This document shows positions 12,274 through 25,122 of a DNA stretch of 64,000 bases, in pieces; position 1 is the stretch's first letter; the number at the start of each line of letters is the position of its first letter. The notes beneath the pieces were generated by a model. It was not told the DNA's origin and did no database searches. It saw only the letters and a program-made list of their open reading frames with translations. The DNA is taken from assembly GCA_964016885.1 (NCBI GenBank), contig OZ024740.1, positions 360,406,001 to 360,470,000 of the forward strand, written 5' to 3'. The DNA is from Eledone cirrhosa (Eukaryota). The translations under genes were made by a program, and so were the position numbers.

Positions 12274-12730
12274 TATACCAAAAATTGTTTTATACTAAAA
12301 AGGGAAGAAAAAATCTCATACAAATAACTGAAATTAATGTTATTTCTATATGCATTTAAGACATTGTTCTTACATAGATTTTAAGCTTTTGATACTAAAC
12401 TACCTGAAACCGATCCTGTTCTATAATACAAAACTTTGTTTTAAAGCATTTATATTTATTTTAAAACTTTCCATCATAATATTTTGTAAGAACCGTTCTT
12501 AAGTTATGCTCTAAACACTAGCTTAATAATGAGAATTCTTGATTATTTTCAAAATTAATTCCAAATTATAGGCAGTGTATTCCATTAGAAATATGATAAC
12601 GAAAAGGTGTATGCTAAACAGTTAAGTGCTTGAAATGTTATGCAATTTAACAATTTATGCAATTATCCTGTATGCAGTTAAACAGGTTATTGTATGAAAA
12701 AATTGCATAAATTAAACAGTCAACTATATT

Positions 12731-12904
12731 AGCAACATGGCAGTATCGGTAGAGTGTCGGACGCCATGCTTTCCAGCATAGTTACGTCCCTTTACGATCT
12801 GAGTTCAAATCCCGCCGAGGTTGACTTTGCCTTTCATCCTTACGGAGTCGATAAAATAAAGTACCAGTAATTGCTGGCCTTGTGCCTAAAGTAGAAACAA
12901 TTAT
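12731..12904 (+). mobile_element. tRNA-derived SINE with Nin/Deu-type central domain
   Basis: A-box TGGCAGTATCGG, B-box GAGTTCAAATCC, then GTTGACTTTGCCTTTCATCC..GTCGATAAAATAAAGTACCAG. Confidence 0.8.
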
Positions 12905-13339
12905 AACTCATATAATAGCTGAGTCCAATTTGTTGTTAGTTGGAACTACCTACCCATATATCCCTCTTCCTAAATTAGTTTCAGTGCTATAGTGTGTTGC
13001 ATTGGTGAGGTGAAATCCCTCATCCATGAGGAGTCTAATTGCAGCAGCCTAGATTCCTTTCTAGAAGAACCTTTATCTTTCACCAGCTTAACATTGCAAA
13101 ATCTTAAATTGAGTGCTAATTCACTGACGAGACTATTTGATTACATGTTGTGTGGTGCTAGACTAGCTGATCCTTTCCAGACCATAAAGATCCATAGATC
13201 CAACACTCAATATTTATATATATATGTATTGTATAATGTTTATCTGCAAATAGTATGGGCTTGACAGGCTGCCATTAACAGTAGCACTAACACAGCATGA
13301 TTCACAATAGAGCCATATATGGAATTATATACAAGATGT

Positions 13340-13870
13340 TTATATAGTACTCCCTGTAAATGAGGTTGGCATTAGGAAGGGCATCCAGCTGTAGAAACCA
13401 AGCCAGAATCAATTCTGTATGAACAAGACATGATCACCTGACCTAGCATTGCCCACAATAGGACAACTTGTCTAACCCATGCTAGCATGGAAAATGTATG
13501 TGAAATGGTGATGATGATATGCTTCCAGATATGCCTAATTACATACTAAAACCATCATCATGATTTTGCATCCACTTTCCATGCTGGCATGGGTTGGACT
13601 GGTTGTCATAGTCTGAGACCAGACATGTCAGAGCAACCCATCTTGCTTGTTACATTCCATATTTGGCATAGTTTCTATAGACTGATTTCTTTTTTTTTGT
13701 GTGGCAACAATACTATCACTTTACAGGGTGTACTGCATGTGTTTTTTTCTTTGTGGCACCAACACTAATACTTTACAGGATGTATGGGGTGCATTTTACC
13801 AAGGCACCAACACTACCACTTTACAGGGTGTACTGGGTGCATTTATCATGGCGCCAACAGGCCAGGCAGA
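13340..13870. mobile_element. Two RTE/SINE 3'UTR fragments, tail to tail
   Basis: 13340-13520 (+) AGGAAGGGCATCCAGCTGTAGAAA..(GAT)n; 13553-13870 (-) (CAT)n tail and ACTTTACAGGGTGTACTGGG modules. Confidence 0.7.
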
Positions 13871-15494
13871 AGAGTCTGCTGAAACCCTATATTGTCCCCT
13901 GGTGCCAACACTCTATCCTCCAGTTCACCTTCCAATCTCTCATCACATTTACTTTTATTGTGGAAGTGCTTGAACTTGTAGGCAAGTCTTTTGTATTATT
14001 GCATATCCTTATCTTTAATGTTTTCTGTTCACCCCCCCCCCCCCCACCCCCATCTCACCACACACTGCTGTTGTTTTGTTATTAGCTGTGCCAGGTGTCA
14101 GTACCACTTCCCCACATTACTCCATCATTGCATTCCTCTCTACCTGGTTTATCACACTACTTACTGCCACCCTTCAGACACATAGGTAATTCCTGGTATT
14201 TTTGTGGGTGATAGTGGTGGCAATGTTGTTGTTTTTGTGGTGGTGGTGGTGGTGGTGTGCCACGGCAGCAGCTCTGCAGATAGTAGTGATTGGTGGTGAT
14301 AGTGACAATGTTTGAGGTGGTGGTGATAAAGGTGGTAATGGTGGTGACAGGTGATAATTGCTTGGGTTAATTGTGGTGGTGGTGGAAGTGGATCATCTTT
14401 CAAACACACAACATAATACATGAAGGAATGGACATTCCTCTTGTATAATGTAGCTTGAAGGTGAGAGATTCCCTAATTTCACCACCATTACCACAACCAC
14501 CAACATTTTCATAAGCATCCATCACTGTCACCACCACTTGAGCTGTCACCCACCAACACCTGTCACCATCACAAAGCACCACCACTCCACTACTGCAACC
14601 ACTATCCCCACTATAACCACCACTACCAAAATACCTGGAATTACCTATTAACTAATGTGGAGTAACAATGAAGGGAGGAGGAGAAGGAATAACAAAGCAA
14701 CTCCCACCCCTACATGTTACATATTAGTTACCTTGGAATGCATCTTACTTTGATATTTTTGTCTTTTCTTCCTTTTCCTCCTCTTCTCCTTTTGCATCTC
14801 AGTTGATTGTAGTGTGTGTGTGTATGAAGGAGTGCTAATCCCTTTCTCCTTTCTCTTCTCTCTCCCCTCTTATTGTCAGGTCAGGATAGGCTCTATTTCT
14901 ATAGGGAAGGAAGGAGACAAAGAGTACAATGGTTTCTGTTGTTGCAAAGAGTCCTTAAGTCATGATGGAGTCATAGGGGCTCATTTGTGACAGAGGGCAG
15001 CATGTCTTGAGCATTGTAAACTTGGCAGAGCCCATCTCTCTCCTAATCAGCACATAGCCAATTTCCTTCCAGAGAGAGAATGAAGGGGAGAAACAATCTT
15101 GAAACGATGAAAGGTAGAGTTTGATGGGATTTGAACACAGAGCAAATGCAGTGAGCCAGAACAAATACTAAGACATTTTTAATTCAAAGCCTTAACAACA
15201 CTGCTAATTTGTCCTATCACTAAAATACAGAGGTAATATGAATGAAATCAAGTAAATGGAAACTCTTTGGAAGTCTGTCAAATGAACTGTACCTGTAATT
15301 CAAATTGGGCCAGCCATATGACACACTGTATCACAATGAATCTTCCTAAAAATTATTTTGAGAGTACATGTGTCTGTGGAATTCTCAGTCACTTGCTTGG
15401 TAAATTCATTAGTAGGCTGTTCCATTGGTCAAACACCTCGCACATTCATCATTGAAACCAACAGAGGTCCAGTCTAATCCAAGGGAAGTGTTGT

Positions 15495-16810
15495 TGATGT
15501 TGGCTTATTGTTTGTTCCAAGCCAAACCATAATTCAGAAGACCTATAATCAAAAGGGCTCCATTTACAAGACATCTTTTTCTGGCATAGTATATGTTTGA
15601 TTACATTTTCTAACATATCCTACCCTTTTTAAAGACCATCAGGTATGATTTGAGGAAAAGTTAATAATTATTTTGAGCATCTTAATCAACCAAGTAGAAG
15701 CTCTGTCATTGATTTATATCGCTTGCACCTGTTGTAGTTATTGTTGTTTTGCCCCAGGTCAGCCTTCATCTAGCTAAGCTATATTTAAATGCATTCCAGC
15801 TGTAATCAGCTCATCTTTCCTTAAACATTATGTATCTAGGATTAGATTATTCATTGTATCCTATTTTTAAAATAGTAGGGTATCTTTTGGGAATAGACTT
15901 GACTATTATTTCTTGCAGGTCAAATAACTACTTAAAGACTTCTTCGGTAACTTCTATTACTCAAAGTGGAAGATGAGAGTAGAAAGAGAAGTCTTAACAA
16001 CAAATATATTATATGAAATGTCTCTGAAAGACTTAACTCTTCAGTTTCTCCATATAGAAATTCCACTATTACCATGGTTACTCACAGAAACTTCACCTAA
16101 GTTATATTCCTTTGCATGACCTTGTTGAGCTATATTACATTGGATAGTATGCAGTAGATTTTCAATAATAATTACCAAATAGTTTCAGTTTTGCACTACT
16201 TGCTGTTTGTGTGGACAGTATTTAGTTGACAAATGTTACTTAAGAATCTACTTCACCATGACCTGCTGGTGACAAATACTTTTCAAATGTTTTGTGACAC
16301 AGTTAAGCTTTTCCAGTTTTTTCAAAGTAAGTGTTTACTGTACACTAACATTTACAAGGGTAATATGATCCTTGATAAAAAATCAAATAAAAATCTACTT
16401 GGATTGTCTTGTGGGCTTTGGCCATGATTAGAACTCTAACAAAGCTGGTAGTGCTTTTGGCCAAATCTTCTCTAAATCACATTCAATTGCCTTTAAAAAG
16501 GGAAGGACACATTAGATAATGTAGTCCTAGATACAAATAAAAGAAATAGATGGCTATGTCCAAAACACCTTTGATTATAGGTCCTCTTAAAGCTGACCTA
16601 GGGCTAAACAGCATTGCCATTCCACCAACACTACCACTTCCACCAATCAAATTTTCTTCAAATCACATTTTGCTGTCTTAAAAAAGAAAAGCACATTAGA
16701 TAATGTAATCCTAGATACTCATGGCTACGTAAAATATAGCATGGTCACAGCTGGAACTATTTTAATTATAGGCCTGCTGTACAGGGTTGACCTGTGGTTA
16801 AACAACACTA
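15495..16810. repeat. Four decayed copies of a SINE-like family with (CAA)n end (two per strand)
   Basis: Shared CACATTAGATAATGTAGTCCTAGATAC..GACCTAGGGCTAAACA at 16460-16620 and 16650-16810; reverse complements at 15500-15720 and 15740-15950. Confidence 0.6.
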
Positions 16811-16829
16811 CAGAAAAGGCGAAGAAGTT

Positions 16830-18851
16830 TGTAGCAGGAGTTGCCTCCCTTGTGACACTCACAACCCCAATAGATTAATGCTCTCTAGACAGGAAGTAGA
16901 ACCCTTTCTGTAACTTCCGGTCAGAACCCTATAAAACTAACAACTTTAAGTTCTCTCTCTCTCATTTGCCCTTCCGGCACCTGGCCTTCGCCAGGCGTCT
17001 TCTGCCAGCCACGTTCGCCTGGCAATCAAACGGTAACTAATAACTTTGCTTCATTCTTTCATCTATTCATTGACATGTCAACTATACTGTTCTATATATC
17101 CACAAATTGTTAATTAAGTATTATACACACAAACCACATCTCCTTGTTATACTTATACAACCCAGTATTTTGTTATAAGTGGTGACCCCGAAAAAAAAAA
17201 AAAAATAGCAGAATCTGGTGTTGTGTGAGTAATATTACGAATACACAGCAAATTTTATTGACAAACTATGAAAATACGCAGTCAAAGAAACGCACACACG
17301 CACATGTGAAATTTTCGTTCAGACAGACTCTTTTTCCCTCACGCATCAACTAACTGTCGCATTTCACTGTATATATATATATGTTTCTCGTTTCTTACAA
17401 CGAACACTTTAAAAACAAACAAAAAAAAAAAGAAATTTGATTTTTTTAAAAAAACATTTCAACAGGAACATTTATTTTCGATGAACCTCAACCATTGCCT
17501 TTTTTTTCATCGTTTTCTTCATCGTTCAAGTTTTTTTCAAAGTTCACACCAAAATAAAAAAAAAAAATTGAGCTTGCCATATTTGTTATACTAAGGAAAG
17601 CCTTTCTTTCTTTTTCATCATTGTCACTTTCACACACATTTTTTTCAAAATGGCTGTCAACGACCTGTTGCACATCATTTTTGCGCCATTTTCTCGCGCA
17701 ATAGAAATATTTTTTTTCTTTCAACTTAACCTTGTATTGGCACGTGTAGGCTGCACAATTCTCGATTCACTGAGCTAGCCACACGCCAGAGATAACGTTT
17801 CTCGCCAAGGATTCTACAGCCTTAAGCTATATTCTCCTATTTGCTGGTTTAAAAATTTACCACGTAAATTTGCCGTTGAAAACTGCGCATTTATTCAGAA
17901 TGCTTATTTCTTTGGTTGTTGGCCTCTTGACCCTTCCAGGTCAACGCATTCTCAACATCGACCATCAACTTCGGCTGTTATTTCTAGCACTTTGCGCAAC
18001 TCATTTTTTCTGAAAAAAATTTTTTTACTGTGAATTTAAACATCGAATACGCTCACTCCGCGAGACAACAGCAACACAGCTTCATCAACAACCAAAACCA
18101 GCAGAACAAGCCAGAGAATTTTTTGCAGCACTCTTCCTGTGAGAAAATCCATTCGGAGTTTGGAAATTTCACGATATACCACAGAACAGAAACCACCTGC
18201 ATTCATTCTCTGGAACACACTTACTTTCCTGCTGTCATGTGATTGCACACCTGTGAACTATATTTTGTACATTTGAACTTTGAGCTCTTCTCTTACTTTG
18301 ATGACATTGTATCTTTGGGTGATGGATAGATAGATGTCCAGTCGTTCTCTGGCCAAGAACGGTAGGCTACCTTGATATCCATCATTGATATTTGCAAACA
18401 TTATTTTTTTTCGTAATTTTCATGCCTGTTACAACATTCTCGCCAACTTACTACATACATATTTCATTCGATTTTTATATTTTAAAAATCTGGCGGGGGT
18501 AATGTAGCAGGAGTTGCCTCCCTTGTTGTGACACTCACAACCCCAATAGATTAACGCTCTCTAGACAGGAAGTAGAACCCTTTCTGTAACTTTTGGTCAG
18601 AACCCTATAAAACTAACAACTTTAAGTTCTCTCTCTCATTTGCCCTTCTGGCGCCTGGCCTTCGCCAGGCGTCTTCTGCCAGCCACGTTCGCCTGGCAAT
18701 CAAACGGTAACTAATAACTTTGCTTCATTCTTTTATCTATTCATTGACATGTCAACTATACTGTTCTATATATCCACAAATTGTTAATTAAATATTATAC
18801 ACACAAACCACATCTCCTTGTTACATTCATACAACCCATTATTTTGTTATA
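16830..18851 (+). mobile_element. Non-autonomous Gypsy-type LTR retroelement (2.0 kb)
   Basis: LTRs 16830-17177 and 18503-18851 (~13 differences by eye); 4-bp TSD AGTT; PBS TGGTGACCCCGA 17180-17191 (tRNA-Trp 3' complement); purine-rich GGCGGGGGTAA before the 3' LTR; no pol. Confidence 0.92.
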
Positions 18852-20545
18852 AGTTGTTGTTGAATCTCCATCAGTTCCAACAACTACTGTTACAGTTGAT
18901 TTGATCAACAGAACAGCCTGCTCATGGAATTAATGTGTTAGTGGTTGAATATTCCACAAACACATGTACCCATAACGTAGGGAGATGCAGCATGACGAAG
19001 TGTTACAAGTATGACTAATTTTTCTAGCTGAGTGGACTAGAGCAACATGAAATATAGGATCTTACTCAAGGACAAGCACACCACTGGAAATTGAACACAC
19101 AACCTTATGACCATAAGCCAAACAATGTCTTTCATTATAAATATATTAACGAAAAGGTTAAATGAAGGGAAATGTATGCAACTACGAATTGAAAGCTGGA
19201 TTATAGATTTGGTTTGCTGGGAGCTTACCCTCAAATACTGATGTACATAACTTTAATTACCTGAGGCCATGTAAATGACAAAACCCCCTAGATACCTGAT
19301 AGTAGCCATGTAAACTGAAACAAGTTTCTTAATTAGCATAAGTAAAGCATGTGACTAATGAATCAGATTTATAGAAATAAGATCATAATCTTATTTCATA
19401 AAAAAGCATGACTTGGAGTATTTCATTACAGTTTATATGTATGTGTATATGTGAGTGAGTATATGTGTCTATATGTAAATGTGTGTGTGCATGTGTGAGT
19501 ATATGTGTATTTGTAGATTAAAATAAAATAAAATAAAATATATTTTTGTATTAATTTCAGAATATTTGCTATTTCCAATATTGCTTTCCCTCTCAGCGAT
19601 GTAGTCAGTCCAGTCCATGACAGTTGTTATATCTCCTGTCTATATAATCCAACACACATCTTCTCTCTTACAATTTTACTTTTGCTTGTCTTTAGTTCTT
19701 ATTTTTAGATGTTGTATTCTTTTTTTTTTGGTTTATTTTTGGTCTCTTTTTTTTTCCTGTTCTTTTTTCTACTTGTTTTTGTCTCATTCGTTGCACATGT
19801 AACATCATAATGGCTGCATTTAAAAGCAGCCAACAGTGAAATGCATAATTCTTTAATTATCACTACAGCTTGCATTAATTTGGTTGTCATCTGTTGCATT
19901 TGTATTGTTGTTGTTGTTGATGGTGGTGGTGTTACTAATAATCTAGATGGCGGTGATTGTGATGATGATTGTGGTGATAGTAGTCTCTCAGGAATGTACA
20001 CATTTTCACATTATTTTGTTACACGTGATACTTTTTGTATAATGCATATTGATGTATATGATATTATATAATGTATATATGTATATCCATGATATATATA
20101 TATCATCATCATCACATCTGCATTTCCATGCTTGCATGGATATATATATATATATAGGTATATGATAATATATACGAGATATATGTGCATGGTACTATAT
20201 ATATGAAATATTAGCAAATAGCATATGTGTGTGTGTGTATATATATATATATAATATTTGCTAATATTTCATATATATAATACTACATACACACACACAC
20301 ACACATATACACATACACTATATGCTAATACTTCATACATATAATACTATGCACGTATATCCATGCAAGCATGGAAATATGGACGTGATGATTGAGACAT
20401 GGTCACCTGACCTGTCTAGCCTCAATACATGACAACTTGTTTTACCTATGCAAGCATGGAAAATGGACATTAAAGTGATGATGGGATATAGGTGTATGCT
20501 ACTATATATACATAAAATATTGGTAGATAATATATACATAAGGAG

Positions 20546-20700
20546 GGCAGTGAATTGGCAGAATGGGTAGGATGTTGGATAAAATACTTTACAGTATTTG
20601 GTCTGGCTATCATCACTGTAAGATCAATTCCTGCCAAAGTCAACTTTGCCTTTCATCTATTTTAAGTCGATGAAGTACCAATCTAGTACTGAGGCTGATT
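20546..20700 (+). mobile_element. tRNA/Nin-type SINE (decayed)
   Basis: GGCAGTGAATTGGCAGAATGG head; CAACTTTGCCTTTCATC..GTCGATGAAGTACCA. Confidence 0.7.
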
Positions 20701-20832
20701 CTTCTTACTCTATATCTCTTTCTCTCTTTCTCTCTCACTCTCTATCATTCTTTGGGAAAACATTGGCTGTAATCAGACTTCGAGAGGGATGGGCCCTGCC
20801 AGATATAAAATGCCCTACTACTGCATCAGGAA

Positions 20833-21058
20833 TTAACTCTTTAACATTCTCATTACACTATATTTACTATTATATTTTCACAGTAAACACTTTATCTCAC
20901 AGAATTATCCCACATATTGAATCTACGAGATTTTAATATTATCTATTTTGAGAAAAGCACCTTAACATAAGTATGAGCAACCGTTTATGGCCGGTTTGAA
21001 CAGAAAGAGGTGAGAGAATTCTGGCCGGATATAGCCGGTTTAAATGCTAAAGAGTTAA
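20833..21058 (+). mobile_element. piggyBac-like TTAA MITE family 1
   Basis: TTAACTCTTTAACATT..AATGCTAAAGAGTTAA TIRs; paralogues at 24894-25122 and 58872-59074. Confidence 0.75.
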
Positions 21059-21830
21059 AGGCTCATGGCATGGCATATACATGAGATAAGGTTTTGTTGT
21101 TGTTGGATCTCTGGTGGTTACAATGATGAGTGTTTGAGTTGTTCAAACAATGGAACAGCCTGTTAGTGAAATTAATCTGCAAGTGGTTGTTACAGATATG
21201 TGCTCTCCTAGCTGAGTTTTCAGGGAGATTCAGTATGACACAATATATGACATGGCTGGCCCTCTCAATTACAAGTACAACTCATTTTTACAAACTTATA
21301 ACTCTACAATTGAGAAACTCAAACACTATGCTGTGTGCCTAGTATTATATATATTTATGAAATATTATCAGATCGTATATACATGAAATATAGGTATATA
21401 TATTATTATATACATAAAATATAAACATATCATATCCTATGTATAAGATATATACACTGTATATAATATTAAGTATCATAATGAATTTTTGAAAATATTT
21501 AAATCTAACTACTGTCATTTTTCATTGGGAGCATCCAAAAAGAAACATTTTGATATCTTATTTGTGAAATTTAGATGAATAGTTTAGGAAATATGACAAT
21601 TTGAATGGTTGGCAAATTGTCGAAATCTTTTTAAAGTTATTCTCACTGTTAAAACGGGTTTGTTGTGTAGGTCCCATGATAGGTTTAATACTCATCATGG
21701 GGTCATTTTTGAAGCAATGTTTTATGGCTGGATGCCCTTCTTAGCACCAAACGTTTTAGTTGACACTTACAACTTGCAATGATAGGGTGTGCCTATTCTA
21801 AATCAGACACACATAGAAAACATAAGATAT

Positions 21831-21937
21831 CATCATCATCATCATCATCATCATCGTTTAACGTCCCTGTTCCACGCTTGCATGGGTTTGGACGGGGGTT
21901 TTCCCACTTGAGGCAAGAGTGGTTGTCTTGCTCGCAT
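21831..21937 (-). mobile_element. Very short RTE-B 3' stub with 14-bp TSD
   Basis: (CAT)n tail + RTE-B UTR; AAAACATAAGATAT at 21817-21830 and 21980-21993. Confidence 0.8.
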
Positions 21938-22284
21938 ATAATATAACATATAATATAACATATCTATATCTTATGTAAAAAAACATAAGATATAGATATG
22001 TTATATTATATATATGTGAAAGCATGTGACCTAGTAGTTAGGTTGTTGATCGTATAGTTATAATGTTGTGGGTTTGATTCTTGGACCATGTAAGGCATCC
22101 TGTCCTGTCCATGTTGGAGTCTTATACTTTCAGTCAGGTAATGTTAATGAAACAGGTATAAGCACCAGCTTCTAGTTATAAGAGATTTTTTTTTATATTG
22201 TATATATTAAATGTAGGCATATGATATTCTACGCATAAAATATAGAAATATATTAGTATATTGTATAATATGCATAGAATGAGA

Positions 22285-22600
22285 GCATATGGCAATATAT
22301 ACATGAAATGTAGGCATGTAGCAATATATAAATGAAATGTTTGCATCTGGTATTATATAATGAAATGTAGACATATGGTACTATATAGATGAAATGTAGG
22401 CTTATAGTATTATATTAATATATATATATTGCCATGTGCCTACATTTCATCATCATCATTATCGTTTAACGTCCATCTTCCCGTCCAAACCCATACTAGC
22501 GTGGAAGATGGACGTTAAACGATGATGATGATGAAATGTAGGCACATGGCAATATATATATATATATATGGAATCTGGGCATGATATTATTTGCATAAAA
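22285..22600. repeat. ~30-bp AT-rich minisatellite (ATGAAATGTAGGCATATGG..) interrupted by an RTE stub
   Basis: Repeated atgaaatgtagg units. Confidence 0.7.
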
Positions 22601-23783
22601 TGTATTATTTACAACAAACATTGTAACAATTATATGATAAGAGTCATTTTAGTCAGTTAAGTATGAAGTACCAAAAGGTTTTGTTACAGAAGTACAATGA
22701 AACCTTTTAGTATTTCATAGAAGAAAGCCTTTTTATACCAAACCACCTGAAATCTGATTCATCAACATAAAAAAATATTTGTTTTAAAGTGTTTATATTT
22801 ATCTGAAGAACCTTCCATCATAATTTTATTGAAGGACCTTTGCTAAGTTTTATTCCAAATACTTGATTATTTAAAAATTGTTTGAAAACTATAGGCATTG
22901 TCTTTCATTTGAAGCTTTTCATCATAATTTTATGTAAGAATCTTTATGCTATGTTCCAAACACCAACTTAATCATGAGATGGTTAGTTATATTATTAAAT
23001 CTATCCAAATTTTTGATAATTTTCAAACTTATTTGAAAATTATAGGCAGTCTTTCATTAGTGTCATGAAAGTGTCTTTCATTACGGTTAGGGTTAACTTG
23101 CTTAAAATTACGTAAAACCTTCCTTCTTAACTTTATGTAAGACCCTTTATCATGTTATGTTCCAAATACAACTTAGAATAAGAAAGTTAGTTATATTATT
23201 AAATCCCTCCAATTTTTTTTATTTTAAAATTTATTTGAGAATCATAGACAATGTCTTATTATAAATATCACGTGTCTCTACAACATATCTCTAAATAACC
23301 ACACACTGGCATTTTAGTGAAGGGTGCAATGGCAGTGGTGGCGTTTGTCACTAAGATGGTGTTTTTCAGTCATCATATAGATGATGGTGGTTGTCGCCAT
23401 AGTGATGATGGTTATCATCATCATAATGATGATAGTAGTGTTGGTGAGGATTTAACAAAAAAGACTCACAGAATGGAGAAAGAAAACACAAAAGTGACAG
23501 AGACACCTCTCCTTTCATTTCATTACTCACCAAAAAAACAGAAAAAAAAATCTCAGTATCAACCATCATCATCATACACTCCCCAAAAACTATTGTCATC
23601 ATCTCTCAGCAATTGAGGCGTCCTAGCTGACCCAGGGCTAATAAACAACAACAAGAACATGTTCCACCAGAATGCATTAATTCATCTTGCATGATTTCAC
23701 TACAAGATGGATATTACATCAGTTTAAACAATAGCATCCATATGTTGAAAACTTGATTCACTCATTTTCTTTTATATATATAT

Positions 23784-24765
23784 AGATGGTTCTATAGAAA
23801 TAGTGGACAGCTTCCATTACCTGGGTGACAAAATCAGCAGTGGGCGAGGGTGTTCTGAAAGTACAGTAGCTAGAGTCAGAACTGGATGGAAAAAGTTCAG
23901 AGAGCTTATACCACTATTAGCCGCTAAAGGGTTCTCCCTAAAAATGAAAGGCAGGCTGTATGATGCCTGCATACGAACAGCAATGTTGCATGGCAGTGAG
24001 ACCTGGGCATTGTGTGCAGAGGATATACGCAGACTGGAGAGGAACGAAGCTTGCATGCTCCGCTGGATGTGTAATAGTAATATACGTGAACGGCAAAGCA
24101 TAAACGAACTAAAGGAAAAATTAGAAATAAGAGGGATCAGATGTTGTTTACTCGAGAGAAGGTTACGTTGGTATGGTCACGTGATGCGCATGAAAGACGA
24201 CAGCTGTATTAAAAAGTGCAGGGCAACAAAAATAGACGGTAGCCACGGAGTAGGCAATCCCAGAAAAACCTGGGACGACTTGATAAATTCCGACCTCACA
24301 CACTTACACCTCTCCAAGTCAATGTCACTGGACCGAGATCTTTGGCACTACACAGTAATACAGAAGACCCGCCTTACCTAAGTACAAAGTGAAACCTACT
24401 ACATTCAGTAGGCACTTCTAACAAAATACACCCCCGTCCCACTACCCCCACCCCCATCCACACCACCCCTTTCAATGTAAAGTTATGTTGGTACCACAAC
24501 ATCCAGTCCGAAACAAATGAGGTCGTGTAGGTGTCACGACAAAAAAACACACAGTCCACGCTGTAATGTGACCATGTAGGTAACACGGTACAAACCTCCC
24601 AGTCCACACTGTAAACGTGGTTGGTGTTAGGAAGGGCATCCAGCCGTAGAAAACCCGCCAGACAGTCCTATGCAAGCAAGACAACCACTCTTGCCTCAAG
24701 TGGGAAAACTCCCGTCCAAACCCATGCAAGCGTGGAATATGGACGTTAAACGATGATGATGATGA
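23784..24765 (+). mobile_element. 5'-truncated RTE subfamily B
   Basis: ORF 23803-24381 near-identical to the C-terminus of 53990-56107; full 3'UTR and (GAT)n tail; TA flanks. Confidence 0.95.
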
Positions 24766-24893
24766 TATATATATATATATACAAGGAAAAAAAGAAAGGG
24801 TTTACATTAAGAAAAACATTTAGGATGGCTCAGGCCAAAACATAGAGTGTGTGTGTATGTGTGTTGGTGTGTGGGTTTTGCATGTAAACAGCT

Positions 24894-25122
24894 TTAATCC
24901 ATTAGCATTTATATTACTCTATGTTTACTATCATATTTTCACAGTAAACGCTTTATTTCACATAATTATCTCACATAATATCAAATCTATGAGATTTTGG
25001 TATTATTTATTTTGAGAATAATACCTTAATATAAGTATGAGCACCCAGTTATGGCTGGTTTGAACAGAAAGAGGTGAGAGAATTCTGGCCGGATACAGCC
25101 GGTATAAATGCTAAAGGGTTAA
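24894..25122 (+). mobile_element. piggyBac-like TTAA MITE family 1
   Basis: TTAATCCATTAGCATTTATA / TATAAATGCTAAAGGGTTAA. Confidence 0.78.

Noticed and set aside
12992-13264. 90-aa ORF in apparently unique sequence (also 26402-26593)
   Set aside because: No recognisable domain or convincing splice sites; cannot support as a host exon without RNA or homology data
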